This document shows positions 55,471 through 64,000 of a DNA stretch of 64,000 nucleotides, in pieces. The DNA comes from an uncultured virus (IMG/VR IMGVR_UViG_3300043435_001124) (Duplodnaviria; Heunggongvirae; Uroviricota; Caudoviricetes). The stretch's first letter is position 1. Each line of letters opens with the position of its first letter. A model generated the notes under the pieces. It was not told the DNA's origin. It did no database searches and saw nothing but the letters and a program-made list of their open reading frames with translations. The stretch lies in IMG/VR virus record IMGVR_UViG_3300043435_001124; one strand, written 5' to 3'. Position numbers and translations under genes: made by a program.

Positions 55471-57654
55471 ATGTCAGTCAATTTTGAAATTAAAGGAATG
55501 CTCGCTCGTCTTCTTGCAACAGAAGATCTGATTGTTGAACATAAGAAAGTTGATACCGCATGTTTTAATGTTCACACTCGGGTTCTTACTCTTCCTATGT
55601 GGGAGAAGGCAAGTAATGTAGTTTACGATATGCTTGTTGCTCATGAAGTATCACACGCACTTTATACTCCTGATGAGGATATGTCCCCTATGGGAGTACC
55701 TCACCAGTTCGTAAATATCGTTGAGGATGCCCGTGTAGAGAAACTTGTTAAACGCCGCTATATGGGTCTCTCAAAGACCTTCTACGGTGCATATAAGGAG
55801 CTCCAAGAACAAGATTTCTTTTCTCTTGATGATGAAGATGTTCCTACAATGAATCTTGCTGACCGCGTAAATTTATATTTTAAGGTTGGAAATTTTATTG
55901 ACCTTGAGTTTAATGAACCCGAACAAGAAATTGTAAATGAAATTGCAAATATCGAAACTTTTGATGATACAATCGTCGCTGCTAAAAAACTATACGAATA
56001 TTGTAAGCAAGAGCAAGAAAATATAGAGTCAAAACTTCCTGAAATTAACGCTCACGAACAAAGCAATTCTGATGAAGGTACAGAACCCGATCAACAAACT
56101 GAAATGCTTAATGATGGAGATCAGGAAGATGGCGCTGGTGAAAGTCAACCTCAAGAATCTCCTCTGCGAGAAGATTTGACTAATCCATCTTCACAAACAG
56201 GTGGAACTGCATCCTCTATTGGACAAGAGAAAGAAGATCCTACAGTGAAAACAATGGATTCTCTTCAAAAATCTATTGAGAGTCTTGTAAATCAAAGTGG
56301 TTATGAAAATAATTATGTTGAGATTCCTTTACTAAATCTGGAAACAGTGATTGTAAGTAACAAAGAGATTCATTCTTATATTGAGGAGTTTTACCATGAA
56401 GAACAAAGATTTCAAGACGAAAAATTGGCAAAATATTCCCACATTACTCATCCTAATATTTTTGAAGAATGTGACTCTAGTTATCAAAAGTTCAAAAAGT
56501 CTGCTCAAAAAGAAGTCAATTATTTAGTGAAAGAGTTTGAGTGCAAAAAGGCAGCAGATTCTTATGCTAGAGCAACAACATCTCGCACCGGAGTATTGGA
56601 TTGCTCTAAACTCCATACCTATAAATTTAATGATGACATTTTTCGTAAGGTAACAACTCTGTCTGATGGAAAAAATCACGGATTGATTTTTATTCTTGAC
56701 TGGAGTGGATCAATGTCGTCGGTAATGTTGGACACTATCAAACAACTGTATAATTTGATTTGGTTTTGTAAGAAAGTATCAATTCCGTTTGAAGTTTATG
56801 CATTCACTGGTGATTGGGCACAGGTTTCTTATGATAAAAATGGTAAACCAAGTTACCCTCAACCACACTACGAAAAAAAATCTGGAATGTTTAATGTAGA
56901 TGAACGATTTAATCTACTCAACCTTCTGACGAGCAGTGTAAACGGAAAGACTCTGGAAGAGCATATGGTGAACCTGTGGCGGGTTGTTTCATCTCTTAGG
57001 GGATATACTGGGTTTTCCAATCCTCCCCGTCTAACGTTCTCTGGGACGCCTCTGAATGAGAGTATGATTTCTCTTCATGCAGTTATTCCTAATTTTCAAA
57101 AAAATAATAAAGTTCAAAAAGTTCAGTGTGTAGTTTTGACTGATGGTGAAGCACCAGTTCTTAATTATCACTTAGAAATTAAACGTTATGTTGATTCCGA
57201 ACCTTATATGGGAACTCGTAGACTCAATCCTTCAACTACTTTCATTCGTGATCGTAAGTTAGGAACAACTTATAAAATTGGCAATGAATCTTACCAGTTT
57301 ACTGATGCTCTTCTTCAAAATCTCCGTGATTGGTTTTGTGATGTAAACTTTATTAGTATGCGAATTATGAATGGCCGAGATGCCGGAGAGATCATCAAGC
57401 GTTATTGTGGTTATCGTGGTAATGAACACGATAAGGTAATGTCTGATTGGAAAAAAAATAAGAGTTTTACTATTACCAATAGTGCATATAATGGGTACTT
57501 TGGTATGTCTTCTAATTCTCTGTCTCAAAATAGTGAGTTTGAAGTTTTGGATGACGCAACTAAAACTCAAATCAAATCTGCTTTTGTAAAATCCTTGAAA
57601 ACAAAGAAACTGAACAAGAAAATTCTTGGAGAATTTGTAGAACTTATTGCTTGA
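55471..57654 (+). CDS. HEXXH metallopeptidase-like plus VWA (CobT-like) protein
   Basis: AHEVSHALYT, N.VEDAR.E, MIDAS LDWSGSM, GTPL and LTDGE. Confidence 0.82.
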   Translation: MSVNFEIKGMLARLLATEDLIVEHKKVDTACFNVHTRVLTLPMWEKASNVVYDMLVAHEVSHALYTPDEDMSPMGVPHQFVNIVEDARVEKLVKRRYMGLSKTFYGAYKELQEQDFFSLDDEDVPTMNLADRVNLYFKVGNFIDLEFNEPEQEIVNEIANIETFDDTIVAAKKLYEYCKQEQENIESKLPEINAHEQSNSDEGTEPDQQTEMLNDGDQEDGAGESQPQESPLREDLTNPSSQTGGTASSIGQEKEDPTVKTMDSLQKSIESLVNQSGYENNYVEIPLLNLETVIVSNKEIHSYIEEFYHEEQRFQDEKLAKYSHITHPNIFEECDSSYQKFKKSAQKEVNYLVKEFECKKAADSYARATTSRTGVLDCSKLHTYKFNDDIFRKVTTLSDGKNHGLIFILDWSGSMSSVMLDTIKQLYNLIWFCKKVSIPFEVYAFTGDWAQVSYDKNGKPSYPQPHYEKKSGMFNVDERFNLLNLLTSSVNGKTLEEHMVNLWRVVSSLRGYTGFSNPPRLTFSGTPLNESMISLHAVIPNFQKNNKVQKVQCVVLTDGEAPVLNYHLEIKRYVDSEPYMGTRRLNPSTTFIRDRKLGTTYKIGNESYQFTDALLQNLRDWFCDVNFISMRIMNGRDAGEIIKRYCGYRGNEHDKVMSDWKKNKSFTITNSAYNGYFGMSSNSLSQNSEFEVLDDATKTQIKSAFVKSLKTKKLNKKILGEFVELIA

Positions 57655-57677
57655 TAAATACCTAAAAAGTTTATACA

Positions 57678-58115
57678 ATGAAAACTTTTAAGCAGTTCAT
57701 TCAAATATCTGATCAAATTGCAGAAAAAATTGATGGTAAATCTGCAAAAGATCCAGGATATTCTCTTAAGGATTGGTTTAAGGGTGGTGGATGGGTTCAG
57801 ACTGGTGGTAAATACGATGGAAAACCTTGTGCAAAACAACCAGGACAAACTACAAAACCATATTGTAGAGACCCGGATGATCGTGTATCCCTAGATAAAG
57901 ATGAAAGAGAAAAGAGAGCAAAGAAAAAACGCAGGGAAGATCCAAATCCAAATAGAACAGGATCTGCAAAAATTGTAACTCAAGAGGAAGTAGGTGAAAA
58001 AGATAATTGTTATAAAAAAGTAAAATCCCGTTATCGTGTTTGGCCTTCGGCCTATGCTTCAGGGGCTCTTGTAAAATGTCGTAAAGTTGGTGCCGATAAT
58101 TGGGGCAATAAATGA
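57678..58115 (+). CDS. Late basic protein with T4 internal-protein-like N-terminal signal
   Basis: MKTFKQF...IAE N-terminus; ATAAATA upstream; WPSAYASG module. Confidence 0.65.
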   Translation: MKTFKQFIQISDQIAEKIDGKSAKDPGYSLKDWFKGGGWVQTGGKYDGKPCAKQPGQTTKPYCRDPDDRVSLDKDEREKRAKKKRREDPNPNRTGSAKIVTQEEVGEKDNCYKKVKSRYRVWPSAYASGALVKCRKVGADNWGNK

Positions 58116-58174
58116 AAGACCAGTTGGTAAACTGACCACTGAGTGCGTAGTGAGCAGCATTTTTCTTATATAAT
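58116..58174 (+). promoter_or_regulatory. Remote degenerate copy of the array promoter element
   Basis: AAGACCAG-TTGGTAAA-CTGACCAC, then TATAAT 29 nt later. Confidence 0.65.
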
Positions 58175-58201
58175 AACTTCAGTTGAAACAAAACATTCAT
58201 C

Positions 58202-59326
58202 ATGTCTCGCACCAAAATGACTGACGATCAAATTGTCAATGCACTCAAAGAAACTTTTGGTTTAGAACTAACCTCTGCTGATATTAAAGGTTTTTGTGCT
58301 TCTAAAAATCTATCTTATCCCACAGTTACTCGCCGCCTAGAGCAATTTAAAACCAATCGTGGACGTTGGAACCTAGAAGTGACTCAACAAAAAGTTGAAC
58401 AAATTGAGCGTTCTTACGCTAATATTACAGTTCTACCTGAGGTTCATCAAAACCTTATTCCAGATAAAGATGATACATTTGTCAAGTTTGGCAATTTTAG
58501 CGATATTAAACGTATTATTCAATCCCGTATTTTTTATCCTACGTTCATTACGGGTCTTTCCGGTAATGGTAAAACGCTTAGTGTTGAACAAGCGTGTTCT
58601 CAACTCAACCGTGAATTGATTCGTGTAAATGTTACAGTAGAAACTGATGAAGATGATCTTATTGGGGGTTTTCGCCTTGTTAATGGCGAAACAGTGTGGC
58701 ACAATGGACCCGTCATTGAAGCACTTGAACGTGGCGCAATCCTACTTCTCGATGAGATTGATCTTGCATCTAATAAAATCCTCTGTCTTCAGTCAGTTCT
58801 AGAAGGTAAAGGTGTCTTCCTGAAAAAGATTGGTCGTTTTGCGAAACCTGCCGTTGGGTTTAATGTGATTGCAACTGCTAACACTAAGGGTAAGGGTAGT
58901 GAGGATGGTAGATTCATCGGTACTAATATTTTGAATGAGGCTTTTCTAGAACGTTTCCCAGTGACTTTTGAGCAACAGTATCCTTCCACTTCTATTGAAG
59001 TTAAGATCCTTGAAGGTGTTGCATCTCAACTGAATGTGAAAGATTCTGATTTCTGTAAGAGGCTTGCTGATTGGGGTGATATTATTCGTAAGACATTCTA
59101 CGATGGTGGAATTGATGAAATCATCAGCACTCGTCGTCTAGTTCATATCATTCGTGCTTACAGTATCTTTGGTGATAAAGCAAAAGCGATTCAAGTATGT
59201 GTAAACCGATTTGATGATGAGACCAAGACTGCCTTCTTGGAACTGTATGATAAGATTGATGCCGACTTTGTAATGCCTATTGAAGTTCATTGGACTGATG
59301 ATCTTGACAACATCCCGCAATTCTGA
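58202..59326 (+). CDS. cobS: CobS/MoxR-type AAA+ ATPase
   Basis: GLSGNGKT Walker A, LLLDEID Walker B, TANTKG.G and NEAFLERF. Confidence 0.88.
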   Translation: MSRTKMTDDQIVNALKETFGLELTSADIKGFCASKNLSYPTVTRRLEQFKTNRGRWNLEVTQQKVEQIERSYANITVLPEVHQNLIPDKDDTFVKFGNFSDIKRIIQSRIFYPTFITGLSGNGKTLSVEQACSQLNRELIRVNVTVETDEDDLIGGFRLVNGETVWHNGPVIEALERGAILLLDEIDLASNKILCLQSVLEGKGVFLKKIGRFAKPAVGFNVIATANTKGKGSEDGRFIGTNILNEAFLERFPVTFEQQYPSTSIEVKILEGVASQLNVKDSDFCKRLADWGDIIRKTFYDGGIDEIISTRRLVHIIRAYSIFGDKAKAIQVCVNRFDDETKTAFLELYDKIDADFVMPIEVHWTDDLDNIPQF

Positions 59327-59332
59327 TATAAT
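59304..59332 (+). promoter_or_regulatory. Consensus sigma70 promoter
   Basis: TTGACA-N17-TATAAT. Confidence 0.85.
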
Positions 59333-59366
59333 GAGGGGTAGGTAAAACTATGACCTTCCCCTCATT

Positions 59367-59813
59367 ATGGATGATCAAATTAAAATAGACAACGACTGGA
59401 GACCAATGCCAAATATAGTTGAATCCGCTATGTCTATTAACGAACATAGTGGGTACTTTGACCTTACAAAAACTTCTTTTACTATGACTGATAAAACAAA
59501 TCATCTTTGGAAATATAACGAAGATAAAATTTTGAAAGAAATTCAGGATTATGTGACCAGCACCTATCACGGACATTATTGTGGCGATAGTGATGGTTAT
59601 GCTGATATTCAGACTATTGATCTGATGGCAGCAAAGAAACTGGCAGCAGGTTTCTGTCAGGCAAACATCCTCAAATATGGTTCTCGTTATGGAGACAAGG
59701 ATGGACGCAATAAGCGTGACTTGATGAAGGTCATTCACTATGCTATGCTACTTCTCCACTTTGACGGGCATTATACTCGTAAAGATAATGGACTTACTGA
59801 ATTCACACGCTGA
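59367..59813 (+). CDS. DUF3310-like phage protein
   Basis: HY...IQTID...GFC.AN.LKY..RYG.K.G...DL.K..HY. Confidence 0.7.
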   Translation: MDDQIKIDNDWRPMPNIVESAMSINEHSGYFDLTKTSFTMTDKTNHLWKYNEDKILKEIQDYVTSTYHGHYCGDSDGYADIQTIDLMAAKKLAAGFCQANILKYGSRYGDKDGRNKRDLMKVIHYAMLLLHFDGHYTRKDNGLTEFTR

Positions 59814-59822
59814 TTAATTATT

Positions 59823-60488
59823 ATGAAACTATCTGACAATACTATTTCTATTCTCAAAAACTTTTCTGGAATCAACCAGTCACTTCTGTTCAAGCAAGGC
59901 AATACACTAAAAACAATTAGTGTGATGAAAAATATTCTTGCAGAAGCAACTATTGAGGAGGATTTTCCTAAAGATTTCGGTATCTATGATCTCAATCAAT
60001 TTCTAAATGGTCTTTCTATTCATAAGAATGCTGAACTTGACTTTGGGAACGATAACTATATTGTGATTCGTGAGGGTAAATCACGATCCAAGTATTTTTT
60101 TGCTGACCCTAGCGTGATTATTACTCCTCCTGATAAGTCAATTAATCTTCCTAGTCAAGATGTCTGCTTTCTTCTAGATACCAAAGAACTAGATCGCCTA
60201 CTCAAAGCGGCTGCAGTGTATCAACTTCCAGATTTTTCCGTAGTAGGAGAAGCGGGTGTTGTGAAACTAGTTGTTCGTGATAAGAAGAATGACACTTCAA
60301 ATGATTTTTCTGTAGTTGTAGGAGAGACTGATGATGTATTCACCTTCAACTTTAAAGTAGAAAATCTTAGAATTCTACCAGGGAATTATGATGTGGTGAT
60401 CTCTCAAAAACTTCTCGCACAGTTTAAAAATACAAATATTGATGTATCTTATTGGGTTGCTCTAGAACCTGATAGTACTTTTGGTTGA
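59823..60488 (+). CDS. gp45: Sliding clamp gp45
   Basis: MKLS..T...LKNFS.IN, FGIYDLNQFL and YWVALE. Confidence 0.94.
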   Translation: MKLSDNTISILKNFSGINQSLLFKQGNTLKTISVMKNILAEATIEEDFPKDFGIYDLNQFLNGLSIHKNAELDFGNDNYIVIREGKSRSKYFFADPSVIITPPDKSINLPSQDVCFLLDTKELDRLLKAAAVYQLPDFSVVGEAGVVKLVVRDKKNDTSNDFSVVVGETDDVFTFNFKVENLRILPGNYDVVISQKLLAQFKNTNIDVSYWVALEPDSTFG

Positions 60489-60506
60489 TAACATTATTAC
60501 TTTATT

Positions 60507-61037
60507 ATGAATATTTTTGCAGTGGATTCACATCCACAACTAGCTGCACAACAACTTCCAGACCGCCACATTTGCAAGATGAGTCTTGAAATGTGTCAAA
60601 TGGTTTCTATTATTTACTCTAATTGGTATCATAATTGGGGGGAAGTCTATAAAGCAGATGGAACTCCTTATAAAACTGAAAAAGGTGCCTTTAGGAACCA
60701 TCCTTGTACTATTTGGTTGAGTGAATCCTATGAAAACCTTGCCTGGGGAATCTCCCACGGACTTGCTCTTACTGCAGAATATAATTTTCGCTACGGAAAA
60801 ATACATTCTTGCGCCAAAACTTTGTTTGAAGCAAAAAAACTCTTTCACAAAAAAGTTGGAAAATCAATTGTAATGCATCGTATGGTCAGTGACTTTGCTC
60901 GTGCAATGCCAGATGATTTGAAGTATAATAATACTATTGATACGATTACCGCATATCAAAGGTATGTTGCAACCAAACCTTGGGTGAAAGACAACTACCT
61001 TCGTACTCCTGAAAGAAAACCTAATTGGGTAAATTAA
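60507..61037 (+). CDS. Pyrimidine-dimer DNA glycosylase/DenV-family-like protein
   Basis: MNIF...D.H..KM..E..Q, NHPCT.W, EY..RYGK.H and AMPD...AY..Y motifs. Confidence 0.7.
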   Translation: MNIFAVDSHPQLAAQQLPDRHICKMSLEMCQMVSIIYSNWYHNWGEVYKADGTPYKTEKGAFRNHPCTIWLSESYENLAWGISHGLALTAEYNFRYGKIHSCAKTLFEAKKLFHKKVGKSIVMHRMVSDFARAMPDDLKYNNTIDTITAYQRYVATKPWVKDNYLRTPERKPNWVN

Positions 61038-61040
61038 ATT

Positions 61041-61985
61041 ATGACAAGTGAATTCCTTTTTGTGGAAAAGTACAGGCCTCAAGTAATTGATGACTGCATT
61101 CTTCCTGATGATACTAAAAAAACATTTAAAGAGTTTGTGGCAAAGGGTGAAATCCCAAATCTACTCCTGTCTGGACCTCCTGGTATTGGTAAAACTACAA
61201 TTGCAAAAGCACTCTGTAATGAACTTGGAGCAGATTTTTATATAATCAATGGATCTGATGAAGGTCGGTTCTTAGATACTGTGAGAAATCAAGCAAAGAA
61301 CTTTGCATCTACAATGTCCCTGACTGGTTCTTCTAAACACAAAGTCATTATTATTGACGAAGCAGATAATACGGGCAATGATGTTCAAATGCTTCTACGT
61401 GCAAATATTGAGGCATTTTATAACAACTGCCGATTTATCTTCACCTGCAACTACAAGAACAAAATCATTGAACCATTGCATTCACGTTGTGCTTGTATTG
61501 ATTTTACTATTAGGGGAAAGCAAAAAGCACAACTCGCGGCAAACTTCTTCAATCGCCTTCAAACAATTCTAAATCTAGAAAGAATTGAATATGATCAAAA
61601 AGTTCTTGCTGAATTAGTATCAACGTACTTTCCAGATTTTCGTAGAGTTCTTAATGAGTGTCAACGGTATGCGACAAGTGGAAAGATTGATGCTGGGATT
61701 TTAGCATCATTTTCTGATATTTCTATAAATGAGTTGATTAAAAACTTGAAAGATAAAAACTTTACTGAAGTTAGGAAATGGGTTGTATCTAATCTAGATA
61801 ACGACACAACTACAATTCTCCGTAAGATTTATGATTCTCTGTATGATAATCTAGTTCCCGCATCTATTCCAGCGGCAGTTCTTATTATTGCTAAGTATCA
61901 GTATCAGGGAAGTTTTGTAGCGGACCAGGAAATCAATCTTCTGGCCGCTCTTACTGAATTAATGTGTGAATGTGAGTTCAAGTGA
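61041..61985 (+). CDS. gp44: Clamp loader large subunit gp44
   Basis: EKYRP, GPPGIGKTT, IIDEAD and SRC motifs. Confidence 0.95.
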   Translation: MTSEFLFVEKYRPQVIDDCILPDDTKKTFKEFVAKGEIPNLLLSGPPGIGKTTIAKALCNELGADFYIINGSDEGRFLDTVRNQAKNFASTMSLTGSSKHKVIIIDEADNTGNDVQMLLRANIEAFYNNCRFIFTCNYKNKIIEPLHSRCACIDFTIRGKQKAQLAANFFNRLQTILNLERIEYDQKVLAELVSTYFPDFRRVLNECQRYATSGKIDAGILASFSDISINELIKNLKDKNFTEVRKWVVSNLDNDTTTILRKIYDSLYDNLVPASIPAAVLIIAKYQYQGSFVADQEINLLAALTELMCECEFK

Positions 61986-63046
61986 GTTTAATTCTTTCTG
62001 ATAAAGACGCAGTTTACGCTGCGAATAAGTTTATAAATTATTATTCCCAATTTAATAGGATTGATGATTATCTTCGTTTTGTAAAAAAGGATAGAATTTC
62101 TTCTCGTCCCGGATCATTATTTGGTGCAGAAACAGAAATGTTTGACCAATTTGATATTCATCCAAAAGATATGAGTATTCGTATTCATATTGTAGATACT
62201 GATCCAAAACCATCTTCGCGGTTTAATCAATGGTTGTATTCGGAAACACTTAATCTAACTGCATCAAATGCGGTGGAGGAAGCAATTCCAGGAAGAACTC
62301 ATAAGTGGATTGTGGAAGAAACAAACACTCAAAAGGTTTTGGGAGTAGTTCGTTTTGGTTCTCCAACTATTAATTCAAAACCAAGAAACGATCACTTCAG
62401 TAAAGTTCTTCCTCTTGATGTAATTAATGATGAGTTTGTGATGGGATTTAATATAGTTCCTGTGCAACCATTTGGATACAATTATCTGGGAGGTAAACTT
62501 CTTGCTCTTCTTGCTTGCTCTAATGAATTAAAGAGACAATTTGATCAAAAGTATGGAACTGATTTAAAATACTTTGAAACAACCTCTTTGTATGGAACTA
62601 CGAAGGGGATGTCTATGTATGACGGATTAAAACCATATCTTCGCCACATTGGAGATACTGAAAGTAATTTTCTGCCCTTGTTTCACGATGGTGAGTTTCG
62701 TGATTTCTTCTGGTGGTTTAATGAAAGGAACGGTGGGGAACGTTTGATTTCTGCTGATAAATCATCCAAAAAACTCAAAATTCAACAAAAGATGATTGCG
62801 ATTATTCGTAAGTCTCTTAATAGTGAAGAAAAACTTAAGGAGTTTAATGATGTAATTGATAAGGCAAAAACCCTTACAGAAAAGAAAAGGTACTACCTCT
62901 CGAAATTTGGTCACGAAGTTGATGATGTGATTGAGTGGTGGAAAAGAAAAGCATCTAACCGATATGAAAAACTAAAGTCTGAAGGAAGATTAAGAACTAA
63001 ACTTGAGATATGGGAACCTGGTTCTAACTTGGAGATTATACGATGA
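61982..63046 (+). CDS. DUF4338 (DruA-like) domain protein
   Basis: PGR...V, VPVQPFGYNYLGGKLLALL and FETTSLYG motifs; GTG start overlapping the gp44 stop. Confidence 0.6.
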   Translation: MSLILSDKDAVYAANKFINYYSQFNRIDDYLRFVKKDRISSRPGSLFGAETEMFDQFDIHPKDMSIRIHIVDTDPKPSSRFNQWLYSETLNLTASNAVEEAIPGRTHKWIVEETNTQKVLGVVRFGSPTINSKPRNDHFSKVLPLDVINDEFVMGFNIVPVQPFGYNYLGGKLLALLACSNELKRQFDQKYGTDLKYFETTSLYGTTKGMSMYDGLKPYLRHIGDTESNFLPLFHDGEFRDFFWWFNERNGGERLISADKSSKKLKIQQKMIAIIRKSLNSEEKLKEFNDVIDKAKTLTEKKRYYLSKFGHEVDDVIEWWKRKASNRYEKLKSEGRLRTKLEIWEPGSNLEIIR

Positions 63047-63429
63047 CTTATGAGTTGAAAGATTGGTTGAATTCCATTAATTTTACTAAAGAAAATTTAA
63101 TGGAAGAAGATAAAACTTCAAAAAAAGATTATGCACCATATATCATTAATAAATGTTTGTCTGCACATATTGAATGCATTCTTTTTGCAAATGAAATGAA
63201 TATGAATCATTCATTAGACAAAGATATGCAATATTCATTTTATCTAAATACTTTGAGGAAACGGAAGAGATTTTCTCCCTGGATCCGTAAAGATAAAGTT
63301 CAAGATTTAGAGTATGTAAAACGTTACTATGGTTATAGTAATGATAAGGCAATTCAAGCTTTAAAAATTCTAAACAAAACTCAATTGAACTTCATAAAAC
63401 AACGACTTGAAACTGGCGGAATGAAATGA
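63043..63429 (+). CDS. gp62: Clamp loader small subunit gp62
   Basis: Y.PYIIN..LS...NEMN...RKRFS.W...YYGYS..KA. Confidence 0.9.
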   Translation: MTYELKDWLNSINFTKENLMEEDKTSKKDYAPYIINKCLSAHIECILFANEMNMNHSLDKDMQYSFYLNTLRKRKRFSPWIRKDKVQDLEYVKRYYGYSNDKAIQALKILNKTQLNFIKQRLETGGMK

Positions 63430-63869
63430 CTAACCAAACAATTGAACCACAAGTAAACTGGTCTCCCGATATGATGGTGGAGGTTATTCTTAATGAACCA
63501 GATGACTTTTTAAAAGTACGTGAAACTCTAACACGTATTGGAGTTGCATCAAGAAAAGAAAAAAAACTATACCAGAGTGCTCATATTCTCCATAAACAAG
63601 GACGATATTATATTGTAAGTTTTAAAGAACTTTTCGCTCTTGATGGCAAACATGCAAATCTTACTGTAAATGATATACAACGTCGTAACAGAATTGTTCA
63701 TCTTCTCGCTGATTGGGGACTTGTGTCTGTAGTAAATCCAGACAAAATTGCTGATATAGCACCTCTAAATCAAATTAAAGTTCTTCCTTTTAAAGAAAAG
63801 GGTGAGTGGGAATTAGAACAAAAATATAATATTGGATCTAAGAAACGATCTCAGGAAGTAGGGGAGTAA
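63426..63869 (+). CDS. regA: Translational repressor RegA
   Basis: DDFLKVRETLTRIGVASR..LYQS.HILHKQGRY. Confidence 0.95.
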   Translation: MTNQTIEPQVNWSPDMMVEVILNEPDDFLKVRETLTRIGVASRKEKKLYQSAHILHKQGRYYIVSFKELFALDGKHANLTVNDIQRRNRIVHLLADWGLVSVVNPDKIADIAPLNQIKVLPFKEKGEWELEQKYNIGSKKRSQEVGE

Positions 63870-63883
63870 ACCGAATAAAAATG

Positions 63884-63909
63884 GTGGGAAATTACATCCC
63901 ACTTTTTTT
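63884..63909 (+). terminator. Terminator after regA
   Basis: GTGGGA-AATTACA-TCCCAC followed by T7. Confidence 0.75.
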
Positions 63910-63984
63910 ATGATCTTGTATAATTAATAATGTCAAATGCTTCGGGTTTGACATTATAAACCTCGCTTTTTAAGGAGAAAACAA

Positions 63985-64000
63985 ATGAATTTACTTGCAA
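63985..64000 (+). CDS. Start of next gene (partial; small heat-shock protein expected from synteny only)
   Basis: AAGGAG SD then ATG; only five codons visible. Confidence 0.35.

Noticed and set aside
9227..63352. Short antisense or alternate-frame ORFs inside core genes
   Set aside because: They are fully nested in well-supported T4-like genes and show no recognisable motifs.
1..64000. tRNA, rRNA, introns, inteins or reverse transcriptase/DGR
   Set aside because: None recognised by eye; core genes are uninterrupted. A tRNAscan/Infernal run would be needed to exclude RNA genes formally.

Overview
A 64-kb segment of a T4-like cyanomyophage genome, probably freshwater, with essentially all genes on the + strand. 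From 8.1 to 49.2 kb it carries the virion morphogenesis module (gp25, gp6, giant gp7-like, gp8, VrlC-like, gp13-gp23, gp3) with TAAATA late promoters. From 49.2 to 64 kb it carries the recombination/replication/transcription module (uvsY, uvsW, gp55, gp47/46, VWA-peptidase plus CobS/MoxR ATPase, gp45, gp44, gp62, regA). The most unusual part is 1-6.1 kb: a GC-richer array of about 21 mostly unrelated micro-genes (43-108 aa, many absent from the ORF track) punctuated by 18 copies of a 64-100 bp element. The element usually supplies the upstream gene's stop codon, then an 8-8-8 palindrome (TGTGMCAG-N8-CTGGCACA; copies 1-12) and/or a G5/C5 hairpin, a -10 box about 29-31 nt past the palindrome, and an SD-less C/A-rich leader to the next ATG. 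The element drifts along the array like a shuffled cassette system. Two degenerate copies with the same spacing lie about 50 kb away, upstream of the VWA-peptidase and the CobS ATPase, suggesting a phage regulon. All protein assignments come from motif recognition and synteny, not database searches.
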